Shown piece after piece: positions 41,601 through 56,789 of a stretch of 64,000 bases of DNA. The stretch is taken from assembly GCA_951406725.2 (NCBI GenBank), contig OX597815.1, positions 96,038,001 to 96,102,000 on the forward strand. The letters are read 5' to 3'. Below the pieces are notes generated by a model that ran no database searches, was not told where the DNA came from, and worked only from the letters and a program-made list of their open reading frames with translations. The stretch comes from Octopus vulgaris. Taxonomy: Eukaryota. Within the stretch, counting starts at the first letter, position 1; each line of letters opens with the position of its first letter. The translations under genes and the position numbers were made by a program.

Positions 41601-43344
41601 CACGCATACAAAGACAGACATATATATATATACACGCCTGCGCGCACACATATGTGCGCGTATGTGTATGTGTGTGAGTGTATCTGTAAATATATTTAAT
41701 TGGATTCAAAATTTCTTTTTTCATATTACCTAGTTCCCTATAAAGAGTAGAGCCGTCATACATCTATATTTTTGTATTGTAACATTGTTTGCATTAGCAA
41801 CACATTTGCTCTCTCACAAATTGCGTATTCAACTTTACAAATTACTAATATAGTTACCAATATAACTGCCTTCATATCGCGTTTCTGTTCAACACCCAAT
41901 TCATGAGTTTGCATAATATACGATGAACATTAAACATCCTCAGTAAGTTAAATCACCTTCCACTCGACTATTTAACTAGGAAGTGCTAATATTGTCTTTT
42001 ACTTCAAAACCTCTAATATCATATTAAATATTTGAATTTACATACTTTGAAATCAGTAATTTAAATCTGCATTCATATCATTATTTTCTTATTGCTTTAT
42101 AATTTATGAAAATTGAAAAAAAAAGCAATGCGGTTAAATAATTCTAATTGTAAAGAATGATAAACACACTCATACTTGCATCCGATTACAGATATCGAAG
42201 CTTACATACAAATAATTGACACAAAAACCAACGCATGAAAAGTTGAAATAGAAATAAATAAATAGAAATCATACTTTCATACAGTAAATAAAATTATATA
42301 GGATATATTAGATATCGCAGGGAGCTTTACATGCAAATTTCTATTTAAAATCGCTATTTTAAATATTACGTTATGATTCCTAAATCTTTGAACATCCAAA
42401 CACACAACCAAATACACACGCAGCCATATACGCACAAACAAAGAATCATACATGCCTGCAGAAACTCATCTACGAACAAAAATACACAAAAAATACAGAT
42501 ACACATGAGTGTAACTACAGAATAAGGAAAAAATGTAACATTAGAAATAAACACAATGCAGAACTACAAATAAAGACGATATAAGTAATTACGTAATATA
42601 CTATGAAATGCGTCAAAATCAACAGTGTAGGAAAACGTTCACTACAACTTATCCAATAGTGCACATAGAATTAAAAGTTTTATACAAACATAAACCACAA
42701 ATCAATGCAGTACTTTAAACTCACTCAACACACCAAACAGCGATTTCACCCTGTCCTAAAAGCACAAGCACATATGCACAAGTATTTCAACACATATGTA
42801 AATCTCAAAACCAAAATTATACAAATGAATATCAACACAAAAGGAAATCATCTGCCGCACCAAACCAGACAGTCCATACGTAAGCTTCACTATCTTATTG
42901 ACCTTAGTAATTTGAATGCAAACTCTGTACCCTTTTACATATTTTTATTATATGAAAAATATTTTTCTCCAGTGTAAATGCACCGAATAGCTGCGAGGAG
43001 TGGCAATAAGCCACGAGTATATCTTAACTAACCTAAAGTTCACTTATGCTTAATACTCGACGCTGTTACTGGTGATTTTTCCTGACCTGGCTCTCCAATG
43101 GTGTAGCCCAGTCAATGCTGTTGACTGATTTATTTAAGGCTACAGCTTTAAACCTGTTAAAAATTACCTCGTTTTGGGTATTTCTTATTCATTATGAATA
43201 AAGAGCTAGTAATGCAGCGCCTGGTAATCGTAAAAGGAGCAACAGTTTAACTTAAGAAATAACATTTTGTCCTCAGTAACTGCAGTGAAATTGCCTTGAG
43301 AATTTCAAGTAAGCCACGAATATATCTTAGCTAACCTTATGTTC

Positions 43345-43585
43345 ATTAGTGGTTAATGAATGGTTGGCGCTCATAATTTTGTTGCGTCCTTGAGCAAAAC
43401 ATATTATTTCACATCGCCCCATTCCACTCATCTGGCAAGAATAAGTAGTAGCTGTATTTCAAAGGGCCAGCCTTGTCCAATTCTGTGCTACGTTGAATCT
43501 CAGTGAGAACTACACTAAGGGTACACGTGTTTGTGGACTACTCAGCTAATTGCACGTTAATTTCACATGTAAACTGTTGATCGCA
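43345..43585 (+). mobile_element. Decayed SINE of a different family
   Basis: GCGTCCTTGAGCAAAACA core followed by TTCAAAGGGCCAGCCTTGTC...GAGAACTAC..AAGGGTACACGTG. Confidence 0.5.
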
Positions 43586-43964
43586 TATATGATTGTTAAA
43601 GAGGGCAAGAAATCCTCTATTCCTGGGTTTTTACACTAACAGGGCTAACCTACATGGACCAACGCAAGATTGCACCTAAGGCCTTTCAAATTTCTACAAG
43701 ATCGAAAATTTGAACTATAAACTTTTATGCTCCTTTTCTCTTCGCTTTCTTCATCTCCTTATTCCTTTAACCTCTCATTATTTCATTATTTAATCAATCT
43801 GTACTTTTCTCATTTTCCCTATGTGTCTCCTATGACGAAATATCCCATGGTCTATCTGTAAGACATAATATATTTTTTCCTCTGATAATAATGCATATGA
43901 CTTGAGATGTTTTCTTGCGTTGCCTCAACGTCTGTTGTCCTATTTAACAATTATATATGTATGC

Positions 43965-44010
<46 letters not shown>

Positions 44011-44058
44011 CAAATGGAAGACGGAAGATGGAATATGCCATTCGTGTTATTATCCATT

Positions 44059-44122
<64 letters not shown>

Positions 44123-44208
44123 GTGGTTGATTCGTTCGCTTAAAGGTAGTGCCCAGGCATGGCTGCAGTGAGATGGCTGAAACATATAAATGAAAATATA
44201 TATATATC

Positions 44209-44290
<82 letters not shown>

Positions 44291-44356
44291 TGATACGTAT
44301 ACATATTTTAAACTCATTTTTGATAAATGTATATATATATATATATATATATACAC

Positions 44357-44570
44357 ACGTCCCTTTACGTCCGTGTTTGCGCCCCGCCCCAACACCGCTT
44401 AACAGCAATGGTGTTGGGTTTACGCCCCTGTAATTTAGCGACGCTTCAAAATACCGATAGAATAAATACCAGGTTTATAAAAAGCGAAGTACTGGTGTGG
44501 ACTATCGCTCTTTAATATGGTTCCCCAGCATCATCGCATTCTAGTGATTAAAATGTAAAAAATAGAATAC
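44357..44570 (+). mobile_element. SINE 3' half (35721 family); additional tail piece at 44135-44183
   Basis: CCGATAGAATAAATACCAGG, CCAGCAT..CGCA, TTAAAGG..GTG.CC.GCATGGC.GCAGT. Confidence 0.65.
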
Positions 44571-44780
44571 AGTTTACATCTACATATATGTACATATATA
44601 TGTGTATTTGTGTAAACACTACCTTGAAAAGAACTTTGGGATAAAGGCTCCGAAGGTAGCTTTCGACATTATTTGTATCTAAATGGTTTTGAACCTAATA
44701 CATACAAGCTATTATTAATAACTTTACGCGTTGCACCTTCTAAATTTTTGTTTCCCCAAATAGATATATATAAGTGTGTG

Positions 44781-44854
<74 letters not shown>

Positions 44855-44866
44855 CAAAAACGCACA

Positions 44867-44900
<34 letters not shown>

Positions 44901-47900
44901 CAAATATACATATGTATAGAGGTGTATACAGATTACTGTATATAATATCTCAATATCAAAAGGTATTTTGTGATTGACCGACTATTTGTAGAACACATAT
45001 GTAAGATGCCTTATTATAAAAGAATATATCATAGATACTTAGGTAATATGTATTACAATTAACAGTATAAATCTGCATTAGCATACTGTCAAAAGACAGG
45101 ATATATGGTATACAGAGGCATATTCACAGCATATACCACTAGACTAAATCACATGCATCGCCGGTTACTCCTTACCGACTAAAATGTTGCAGGCATTCAT
45201 GTTGTTCACGTAGACAGTCATCTAATTCAGTTAGAATCTAATAACATTTGGATGATATATAATGTTCTAAAATACATTTATCATAAAATTATTTGAAAAG
45301 ATTTATACTCACATGGCCCTAAAATCATGAAGTAGATAAAGATATATGAATGTTCTACGAAAACAGGAGGAAAAATAGAAAAAGAAAACATCATTTTCAT
45401 TTCTTCAATACACTTTATATATTAATGAAATGTCGCTAGGATACTAGAGTATTATAGATGGTAATACATGAAACGTGATTATAACTGAAAATGTCAATTA
45501 TTTCAGAAAAGTTTCTTATCTGTATTTGGAAGACAGTGGATCATTACCGGCAGAGAATAAATGCAATACTGGTACGTTTTTGCAGATATATATCAGCAAT
45601 TTTAAGTTTAATCAAAGAGTAACATTTACTTTTATAGTCTTTATTCATACATATATTTATAATTATACGCACATATATGCAACAAACGCATACACGCACA
45701 CTCACATGACACATATAGCGTGAAACAGAGGGATAGAGATCTTCCACGGATCCATTTTATATAAAATATTGACAAGTTAGCGATCAAATGAATTCAATAT
45801 GTGTAATACTGTACTATTAAATTATAGGTTGAAGAATCGGATCAGCTTAACACATGCTGTGAATCGTTTGCTGTTGTTTATGACATGTGACTAGTTTCAG
45901 TATGTTTTCCGTATAGGTCCATATCACTAACAAATAATTGCACTTCGCTATCTACCCTCAATTATAACTATATGTAGTTATACTTGTTTCCTGTTATGAT
46001 ATATACAAAGATGTTGGCCAAATGTTCATAAAACGTTTATGTTTATCAATAGCCCCTTTGCATGTTGTATTGCTATTTATATTATCGCTGAACTAAGTTT
46101 ATACCTACAATGGTAATGCGGACAATAATTTCATCAATTTATATTTAGAAATATCTGACTTGTTTGTTATGTATTGTGATCAGAATAAAAAAAAAACAAT
46201 ACACAATACATTCATTATCAACTAAGATACAAAATAAATTTTAGATTTAAAAATTATCCACATTTGTATAGGGGTGTTTTCACAATCTACGAAATGATCA
46301 TTATTTATACAGAATGTGAACATACATTTTAGTGCTTAGAAAGTAAATCGTTACACCTGCAATGAAATGCTCAAGTGCATTGACTGCCATGTATATAAAT
46401 ATTCACTTCTTTCTAAGTTTACAAAACGCATGAACTCCATCAAAGAAAGTAACAAAAATGATATCGGAAAAGCAATTAAATACGTTTGTCTCCGGGAATA
46501 AACTATTGGTTTGCGTGATAAATATGGCTTCTTGCATGCTAAGCAAAATAATTATTTTGCTTTATAAAATCAATTTAGCTTGCTGAAAAGCAGATGATAT
46601 TCCAAAGATGTTCTGCAATAATAGCGATACCATTAATTTATTATGTAACATTTCTAAGAATGTCACTTTAAAAGATATTTGGATAGGTAACGTCGGTATG
46701 ATGTAGTTTAAAATGCATCTCTTATTTAGTTCAAAAACTTTATTCGCATTAGTTACAGCGAATCTCGAATCTAGGCGCCACATTTCTCGATACCAATATG
46801 TATATATATATATATATATATATATGAAAAGATAGAGAGAGAGAGATGGGGGAGAAAGGGATAGTTCCCCCTATTCCATGTACAATAAAAGAAAGCTGTT
46901 CAACTGTAGAATGCACTTATATAACACTGCCACATGTTGAGACCATGCAAACAAATAGGCGGTTACGTGTCGTACAGACATGTATGTACTAACTGCCTAT
47001 CAGAAAGTTGATTTACAATAAACCTGTTACAGTGTTAATTTTATTGGCTTATATATAATCACAAATGAGGATTTCGCTTCATTGAATTAATGATGATATG
47101 CCTGATGTTCTGATTAATATCGACGAGAAAGAACAACGATATGTAACAGAAATGTATGCTAATACACACCAATACTTATATACACAGATACTAGTATATA
47201 TGACCACAAAGGCACACACACACGCACGCACATACACAAGCACAGATGTCAATTGTTTGTATTAATTATGAATATTGCTGTATGTGCTTCTTAGGCCCAA
47301 AGTTGTCTTATCAAAACTGTGTCAAAAGTAACCCATCACTGAAAATCTTATCTGCATTTGAAAGATGATATGGCAAAATTGTAAACTGAAATGACCAAAT
47401 GGCCGACCGATATTTTTTCCCGGGTAGTGATTCTTTGAAGTTAAATCGTACTAAGATTGAATTTGCTAGTAATTCTTCAGGGTTTGAAGATATAAACACC
47501 AATAAATTATAGTAATCACTCGCCATATCGTGGTTCACCTATCGTGCCCTCAGTACATCATGAATTTTTCTTACTAATATATGTTAATTTATATTGCGGG
47601 TTTCTGCGGTCGATAGGTATTTATATGTTTTTAGCTTTTAATTATTTCTGTGGTAAAATATGCATTTTCATGCCTAAAAGCTAATAAATAAAAATAGAGT
47701 ACAGTACTGCACTGTATAACTCATTAATTAAAATGCATTAAAACAAAATACCTAGTGTACCGTAGATGAGTAAACAATGAATCGCACATAGTATGGAAAA
47801 CGAAACTCTGGAGGCAACTGTGTGGTGTTCTTTTGCATTTATAATAAAATAAATATATACAACTTATAAAAATAACATTAAAAATATGCAGAACAGAATT

Positions 47901-48544
47901 GTGTCTACTTCGCGGAGTTTCAACTATCGGAATCGGTGGTGGTGCAACGTAACACCCACGATAGGCGAGGGATTACTATAGTTGGAGTAATGCAATTTGC
48001 CCTTTACTCTGCATAATCGATGATTTGCGCCCATTTCAGAAAGACCTATGCCATTAGCTCATCATCTTTCCATGTTTATGCAGGTGGTTTATTTGAGAGT
48101 TGATTTTCATTCGTATTGTAAATTGCGACCGTGTACATTTTGCATGCAGTAATAATTAACAAATTGATTTCTGTCGCCTAAGTTTCAAACTAATTATCTT
48201 AAAAATATTATTTAATCTGTATGAGTATATTAATTTTTATGTCGCAAAATATAATTATATAGGCAAAACTAATTAAATTCTGTCAAAATTTTTTATAATA
48301 TGTTATATGAATATTACATGAATTTAGATATAGTCAGTAAAATTAGAATTATATTATGATTATCATATAATCGGCGTTTTAAAAAAAATCTAACTCCATA
48401 GAATTACTGTACCAAACTATCGGGGTAAACTACTCTTAAAAAGTAAAGAACAAAGCGCATTAATCGTTTACAATAATTTTAGTTTCAGACTGCCAGTCCT
48501 TAACACATGCCTTCATAAGCAGCCATATACATGAATGCAGACAT

Positions 48545-48649
<105 letters not shown>

Positions 48650-48726
48650 GCATGTGTCTGTCTATATTCATATAAATACACACGCGCATATAGAAATATG
48701 CATATCCACACACAGACACACACATA

Positions 48727-48818
<92 letters not shown>

Positions 48819-48842
48819 CGTACACATATACATGTATGAATA

Positions 48843-48915
<73 letters not shown>

Positions 48916-49617
48916 TTGTGCTTATTTGCGTCTCTCAGCGTGTATATATGGTATATTTACAAGTAAAATCTTTTGATAAAAGGTCTGCGGTTAACATACA
49001 AAAATACTATAAACAGACAAAAACTGATTATTTCTTTCATGTAAATATTTATGAAATCGGATATTGATGCAGAGAAAAATATAATATGTAAATATCCGTT
49101 ATCCTATAACTTACTAATGAATTCATTTCTAGTGTCAAATATGATAACTACATCAAAAATATAATGTCCATTAGTTGTTACCAATAATGAGATTCATAGA
49201 AACTAAATAACTTATATTCCCTTTGATGTTACTTGCTTTGAAACACGTGGTTTATGTGTATGCCGACAATCACACAAAAACACACACACATAGTCATAAA
49301 GAAGTGCGCATATAAACAAACACACACACGCGCGCGAGTGTTTATAACATCATAATACGTATATATCTCTTACATAACAAGGAGGTGACTTTCAGAATAT
49401 GGTACACACTCACCAGAATTAAAAATCTCAGCATGAGAAAACAAAAAAGTACTAATCGAAGATCTTTGTATACATAACTATTGCAGCATACTAATTTTGA
49501 TGCAACCATAAAAGAACTTCAAGACACATAAATCAAACAAATGAAAACGTAGCTTATAGATTAGGGAACATTTTACATATATATATATATGTATATATAT
49601 GTATGTATATATATATA

Positions 49618-49701
<84 letters not shown>

Positions 49702-49708
49702 CATACAT

Positions 49709-49788
<80 letters not shown>

Positions 49789-49794
<6 letters not shown>

Positions 49795-52700
49795 CGTTCA
49801 CTCGTGACCGAGGAAGACCATTGCCGACCTTCAGGAACATTTTGGACTAACGTATATTTTGCATTTGCGGCTCCGTTGGTGGCTAATGAGCCCTGCTCTT
49901 GACAAGCATACACGACTGCAAACATTGCAGACCAAGCTTTCCCCATTCACTATACGAGCCGTGCGCTTTCGCGCACCTCGCTTAAGTTCTTCATGCTGGA
50001 TACGTGCTCTCTTAAAAGTGTCGATCCCCTCCTTGACCTGCTTCCTCCATCTGTGGCGATGACAGGCATTGTTCTCCCAGTCAGTGTCCTGTATATCAAA
50101 AGCCTTTAACGAGGACTTGACACAGTCCTTAAATCGTAGCCTTAGTTTCTGCCGGAGTCTCCTTCCATTCACAAGTTCTCCATAGAGCATCTGCTTAGGA
50201 ATCCTTCTATCCTCCATTCTAATAAGGTGTCCAGTCCAACGCAACCGGTACTTGTGTACCATCGCCTCAATACTCAAGATATCAGCTGTCCTCAGGATCT
50301 GTGTGTCTGGAATTTTTGAGGTCCAGCCAACATTGAGAATGTCTCTGAGACATCTCTGATGAAAACGTTCAAGGACCCTTACCTGACGTTTGTACAGAGT
50401 TCATGTCTCACATGAGTAGATGTCAGTACACAAGCGCGGTACACAGCAACTTTTGTTCTCCTTGCGATGCCATGTTGGGACCAGACACGAGACTGAAGAA
50501 ACCGGAAGGAATTAGTTGCTCTCTGCAACCTGAAAGATATTTCCTCATCCAGGGAGCAAGAACGGCTGAGTGTGCTGCCCAGGTAGACAAACTTGTCTAC
50601 TACCTTCAGAATTGTTCCTTCAACCAAGATAGCTGGTTCTATATATGGATTTCCTGGTGCAGGCTGGAACATTACAACAGTCTTGTCCAGGCTAATGCTG
50701 AGTCCAAAATCCCTGCAAGAAGCAGAAATGCAATTCATGAGTATTTGCATGTCATCCACTGTATGAGTGACTAAGTCACAGTCATCTGCATAAAGGAGGT
50801 CACGAATAATAGACTGAAAAACCTTTGAATTGGCAGCAAATCGGCGAAGATTAAAGAGGCGGCCAGAAGATCGATATCTGACATATATTCCCAGAGAGCT
50901 AACCTTAGCAAAATCATGAGTAAAAGCAGCAGCAAAGTACAAAGAAAAGAGAGTTGGAGCAAGGATGTCACCCTGCTTGACACCATTCTCTGCAGAAATG
51001 GGTCCCGCCATGGCACCACCAACATTGACCCAAGCCTCCATCCCATCATGAAATGATTTAATTATAGATAAAAAATGATCCGGACATCCAAGTTTGCCAA
51101 GTATTTTCCATAGAAAGGCCCTATTTACAGTATCAAAGGCCTTAGTTAAATCAATGAATACCTGGACAAGATCCATATTCTGCTCATAGCACTTCTCCTG
51201 CATCTGTTTTGCTGTGAAAATCATATCCATTGTCCCTCAACCAGATCGGAAGCCACATTGAGATTCAGATAGGACATCATTTACGAGACACCCATTCAGT
51301 CGGGTAAGAAGAATATTTGCCAGAACCTTGCCAGCAGCTGATAGCAGAGCAATACCTCTGTAGTTACCACACATTGTTCTGGCTCCTTTTCCTTTATATA
51401 GAGGAAGAATAATTGCATCCTTCCAGTCCTTAGGGATTGCACCATCCCTCCAGACTGCACTAATAAGTTCATGAAGGGACTGTGTGATGCAATTACCACC
51501 AAATCGCAAAACCTCGGCACAAATTCCATCCTTTCCAGGTGCCCTACCAAGATTCAGTTTACATATTGATGTCTTCATGTATTGATGGCGAGGAGTCTAA
51601 AGAGTCAATGATAGGTCTTTGTTTCATAGTATCAATCACTGTTTCATCCACAACTGACTCATGGTTTAGGAGTTCAGAGAAGTGTTCGATCCAGCGACCT
51701 GTGATTTCTGTTGATTTGTTAACAGAGTGGAAGACTCCTTGGAAATCAAAGGAGCTGATGTGGAGCTCTTAGGTCCATAAGCTCGCTTCATAAGATGGTA
51801 AAGCTTCTTGCTGTCATTTGCATCAGCAGCAGCCTGAACATCACGAGCAAGATCCTCCCACCAAGTGTTCTGCATCTTCCTGAGAGATCGCTGCAGTAGT
51901 GATTTTACACTGTTATAGTGGGCAAGTGCTAGACTTCGCTGCACAGTAGACAGTTCTCTGTGCAGCAACACACTGTGGGCATGGCGCTTCATCACTAATA
52001 GTCGTTGAATTCCAGCATCATTCTCATCAAACCAGTCTCTGTTTCTGGCAGTAACATACCCCAGTGTTTCGGCTGCACATTGAACAATCTGGTCTCGAAA
52101 ATCCTCCCATGCTGCAGCAGTTTCAATGCTGGACAAGCGAGTCTGAAGCTCTTTCCTAACCACAACGTCATATACCTTGTGGACATTTAGACGGCGAGGA
52201 ATTCTGACTGGTCCTCTTCTCTCTGTCGCCCTAATCACCATTCGGAACTTTGCTCGCACCAGACTGTGGTCTGTCCAGCATTCTGATCCATGCAAGGACT
52301 TGACATTACAAATGTCATAAATGTCACGCTTGCGGATGATGACGTAATCCAGCAAGTGCCAAACTTTGGACCTTGGATTCATCCATGCTGTTGTGTGATC
52401 ACCTTTGTGCACAAAATGAGTAATTGCAATGTAAAGTCCATGTTCTTCGCAAAGCTCCAACAGCATGAGACCATTGCTATTCATGTTCCCTACTCCAAAA
52501 CGTCCGAGAGAGTTCCATGTTTGCCAGTCTGTTCCAACTCTGGCATTAAAATCCCCCAGTAGAATGACTTTATCAGAATTGGGGATTTTTCTAAGTATGG
52601 CTGTCAGCTGGGTATAAAAGATTATTTTATCTTCATCACAGCTAGTCAAAGTAGGTGCATAGGCACTTATTAGAGTAGCAAACCGCTTACCTTTCAAGTG

Positions 52701-53167
52701 CAACCGTAGGGTTATTATACGTTCATTTATAGGAACAGGGAGCTCTTCCAACTTCTTCAGGATAACAGATCGGACTGCAAAACCAACACCTGCCTCTCTG
52801 CGCTCCTCCTTCAGCCTTCCTTTCCAAAAAGAGGTGTATCCGCTTCCTACTTCCTCAAGCTGGCCATCACCTTCTATACGAGTATCTGAGAGTGCAGCTA
52901 TATCAATTTTATAACGGTTCAGCTCACGAGCAACAAGTGCAGTGCGTCTTTCAGGCCTGCAATCATTCCTGTTGGCCAACAGAATACGCACATTCCAACA
53001 TGAAATGTTTAAGTTCCGTCCAGATTTTATAGATAAAAGACTCTTTCTCTCACTCTCTCTTCCCGTTTCTTGAGTAATGCTGCGATAGACTGGCGTTTCG
53101 GGGGAACACATACACCACAGAACCAGGCAAACCGGGCGCATGAGCCTGGCTAGGCTTGGAAATAGCG

Positions 53168-53170
<3 letters not shown>
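49789..53170 (-). mobile_element. Near full-length RTE-clade LINE (APE endonuclease + RT + one C2H2-like finger)
   Basis: ISCWNVR, SAYAPT, LGDFNARVG, LDYVI, WTDH (EN); GNYRGIALL, DLTKAFDTV, GVKQGD, LLYADD (RT); [17 protein letters not shown]; few frameshifts and stops; (TA)n on both sides. Confidence 0.96.
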
Positions 53171-53210
<40 letters not shown>

Positions 53211-53398
53211 TAATAAGGGTAAAAATTGATATTAATCAATTAAAACCACTGGCCCAGCATATTAAAAACCAATGCTTTGGTTTGTGCTGAGTTTTTATTT
53301 GAGAACATATTCTTTGTGGAAAATAGCGATTTGACGTCAATATCTAGCATGTTGACCGTCCACTTTTAGTGGTCAGTCCTTTAAATTATATATATATA

Positions 53399-53641
53399 TA
53401 TATAGAAAATAGTAAAAAGTGAAAAAACTACAGAAGGCTTGTTTTAAAAGGTTAAAAAATATATTTGAGTCATTATGTCAGAAGAATGTTATAAAATATT
53501 TTTCCTACAGTGACCAAAAGCTATGTCACTGTATGAAAAAAATTTTATAACATTCTTCTGACATAATGACTCAAATATATTTTTTAACCTTTTAAAACAA
53601 GCCTTCTGTAGTTTTTTCACTTTTTACTATTTTCTATATAT
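53399..53641. repeat. Long near-perfect palindrome (~116-bp arms, 10-nt loop)
   Basis: Arms 53399-53514 / 53525-53641; 2 mismatches seen, both near the loop. Confidence 0.97.
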
Positions 53642-53676
53642 TCAACCACGTGCTTTCACACACCAACTTTCTCACC

Positions 53677-53708
<32 letters not shown>

Positions 53709-54247
53709 CACGCCACGCACACAAAAAAAATGCACACCCACATACACACTACACACACAAATTGAGAAAATAATACCTCATAGCAGTATGTAACGTACAT
53801 CGCCACAGCAAAATCCCAAAATCAAAATATAAAAAAAATAATCAATTATTAATAAATACCGGTATTACAGCACACGATGAAATAAGTAAGAATGTACCAG
53901 GGAGCTGAATGTTAATCGATTTTAAATTTTTCAGTAATTCTCATAATCCAAAATTATTTCCCATTACTTCTTTCTCCCTATGCAATAAAATTATGACTAC
54001 TTGTTACCTGTTATCAATTCGATTAAAATTAAACCTGGGACAATCATCGAAATTTAAGGGGTTAATGTTCAAATTTCAAATTAAATTTTAGACACGCGAT
54101 ATCAGAAACCGTTAATATAGAAGATTAAACTTTTCTCTAATTTTAATATTTTACGCGTACACACATACACGCGCGTGCACACACGCCTATAAGTATATAT
54201 AACTTCGCATATGTATATGTGTATGCACATATGTGTGTGTGTATGGT

Positions 54248-54309
<62 letters not shown>

Positions 54310-55699
54310 CGTAAGGTTGTGCTTGCGTCTGTAAGTCTGCGTATACACAATTACTTTTGGATACATGTTGTCATAGCTTTTGATGGCTGAATCATAATCA
54401 TACACAAATCTGCACATATACATAAATACACACAAGCACACACTCACACATATAACGTTTTACTTATTGCATTTGGAAACATTCAAGTAAGTATGTCTCA
54501 ATGAAGAATGGTAACGGTATTTATTCCAGTTTATATAATAACGCTTGCATGGATACTCTAGTATCCATGCACGCGTTATGAAACGGAAAATTGAAAAAGA
54601 TAATTAGGCTTTGTATTAAGAAGTTATCCTTTACTTTTGCAGATAAGATATTTTAATATTTTATAAGATAATAAGTATCACTGTGGCCGGGATAATCATT
54701 GTTAGCTGTCAGTTGACCTGTAATTATTAATATGTAGGTTTGATTCCGTAAGTAATTTATGTCACTGGAAAAAAGGGGTTTGCGTAGAGATCTTGTTGAT
54801 TGCTGCAATTATAGTGAGGCTGAAGAATTGATCTGCAAACCGGAGTAGATATATTTATACCACAAATGCAATTAATTGTCATGGCGTTAAGTTGCTAAGT
54901 ATAATGTTACTAAATATTATACCGTAATGTTTTGTGTGGAGTTCTATTCACATAAGAGCAGTCTATGGTGTGTTTTTTTTTGGGGGGGGGGACAAGTAAC
55001 TACTTACGGCAATGACATGGATGTTGCAGATATGTTTATATATTTTAGGAAACAGCTGTTGAAAAATTTGTTTAGGTAACTTTATTAGTATAAAATTTCA
55101 ATCAAAATCCTTGCTAAAACAGATCATCGACTGGAATAATTTATTTTGGGGATTATTTAAAATTCATAAATTAATAAACTCTCCGCATACTATTTAGTGT
55201 GATTTCGTCCTTTATGAATATTTATGGACTGGGGTTATTAATTCTTTTCTGTTTTTATAGTTAATAAGTGTTTATCTCATCTCGCACTTTTCGCATACTA
55301 TATTTCCGGTAAACCTACTTTTGCCCAATTTGAACTGAGCTATGTATATGAAGATTCAAATATTATGCTGCCTTCCTGCTATATGCAGCATGTGTTTTAG
55401 CGATATAATGTAATGAATTAATTTTCTTTAGATTGCTTATAATTTCATTCGTGATGCCCATTCTAACTTATCTCATTCCACTCTCGTGGTTTCATACATT
55501 CCTTTAATATACATACGAGATAAGAACTCTCATGAGTCGAAAGGCTATAAATTTGAGGAATTAAGATATATTTTACATAAGAATGTATTAAAATGTGTAT
55601 GTAATGTGACACAAGAATAAAACTTGACTTGACGACAGAGTTCGACACTTGGAGCGAGCTGCTGATTTAAGCTTCTTGGCCAGTACTTCACTGTAGCCT

Positions 55700-56230
55700 A
55701 CACTGGTGCTTATAGATAACTTTTCTAGTTAATGTTTCAGTATAGGTCTCCCAAAATGGGGAACATTACTTTTTTTCTGTGAAGGCTGACCTTGAATGTC
55801 TTTCTCGATGGCGATTCCGGGAATTACTCGCCATACATTTCTTCTTAGATTCCGGACGAACTTGATAGACCCAACTCTCATCTCCTGTAACTATTCTCTC
55901 GAAAAAAGGTTCGCTTCTCTGTTGTAGCGGTTGAGTAAGCTTTAACAGATCTCCAGAGGCTTGCAATTATGCACCTCAGTAAGCTCTCTTGACACGCATC
56001 TCGGAGAGACTTTAGGGAAGCGACATTTTTCATGGATGGGTTCATTTGCTAAAGCACGACAACGTTGTAGAGAAAATGCAACTACATCGTTGTTCAGTTG
56101 TCGATTCATTAACCAACACTTGAGCATCTTTTATAATTATAATTGCTCGAAAATGACGGGCTACCTGTTCCTTGTTCATGCTCCTGGCTTGTAATGCCAT
56201 TTTTATACTTCATAATCCACTTAAACACAT
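55700..56230 (-). mobile_element. Decayed mariner transposase remnant
   Basis: FPKVSPRCVSRELT (WVPREL-like) and FFERIVTGDESWVYQ..PESK. Confidence 0.8.
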
Positions 56231-56789
56231 TTCTGTGCAATAAAATACTAAAGTATTGTACTGAAAGCCTGCGATGAATTTCAGCCCTTGATACACATAA
56301 ACATTCACATCAAAGAAATCTTGTCACCATTCTCTGGTCTTTTTTGGTGTACACTGCCAGCGGAGTGGCCATATTTACTCTGTAATACAAGAAAGAAAAC
56401 TGGCGTGACAAGGTTACACCTCGGTTGCGATACCACAATATTGCCTCCTTTTAGCACACAGGCGCTTACAGGAAGTCGGTTAACCTACAGAAAGTTTTAG
56501 AAAAACTACGGATAAGTTATGACATTCCCTATCTAATTCTGCTAATTGAATCCCCTATATAAATTCCGACATTCCTGTCACTTCTCTCCGTTTGTTTGTT
56601 ATTGTTTGACTGGAATATTTCTTTCTTTATTAAAATATATGTCATTACTTCGCTGTGCCATCTATAAGTGACTTTGCAACATCTCAATAAATTGATTCCG
56701 ATGGAGCAATATCTGAAGTATATGATTCGGATAACAATTTTTAAGAGAACGATTTAATAACATTTTGAGTGACTAGTGTGGTGTAAGTC

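Noticed and set aside
43822-43866. GTCT..ATGACGA..GTA AGAC and, at 44622-44660, CTTGAAAAG..CCGAAG hammerhead-like remnants
   Set aside because: Core boxes too degenerate to support a call, though they may be decayed pLTRs
53040-53170. HDV-like ribozyme at the RTE 5' end
   Set aside because: GC-rich hairpins are present but I could not assemble the nested double pseudoknot; the 5' end may be truncated
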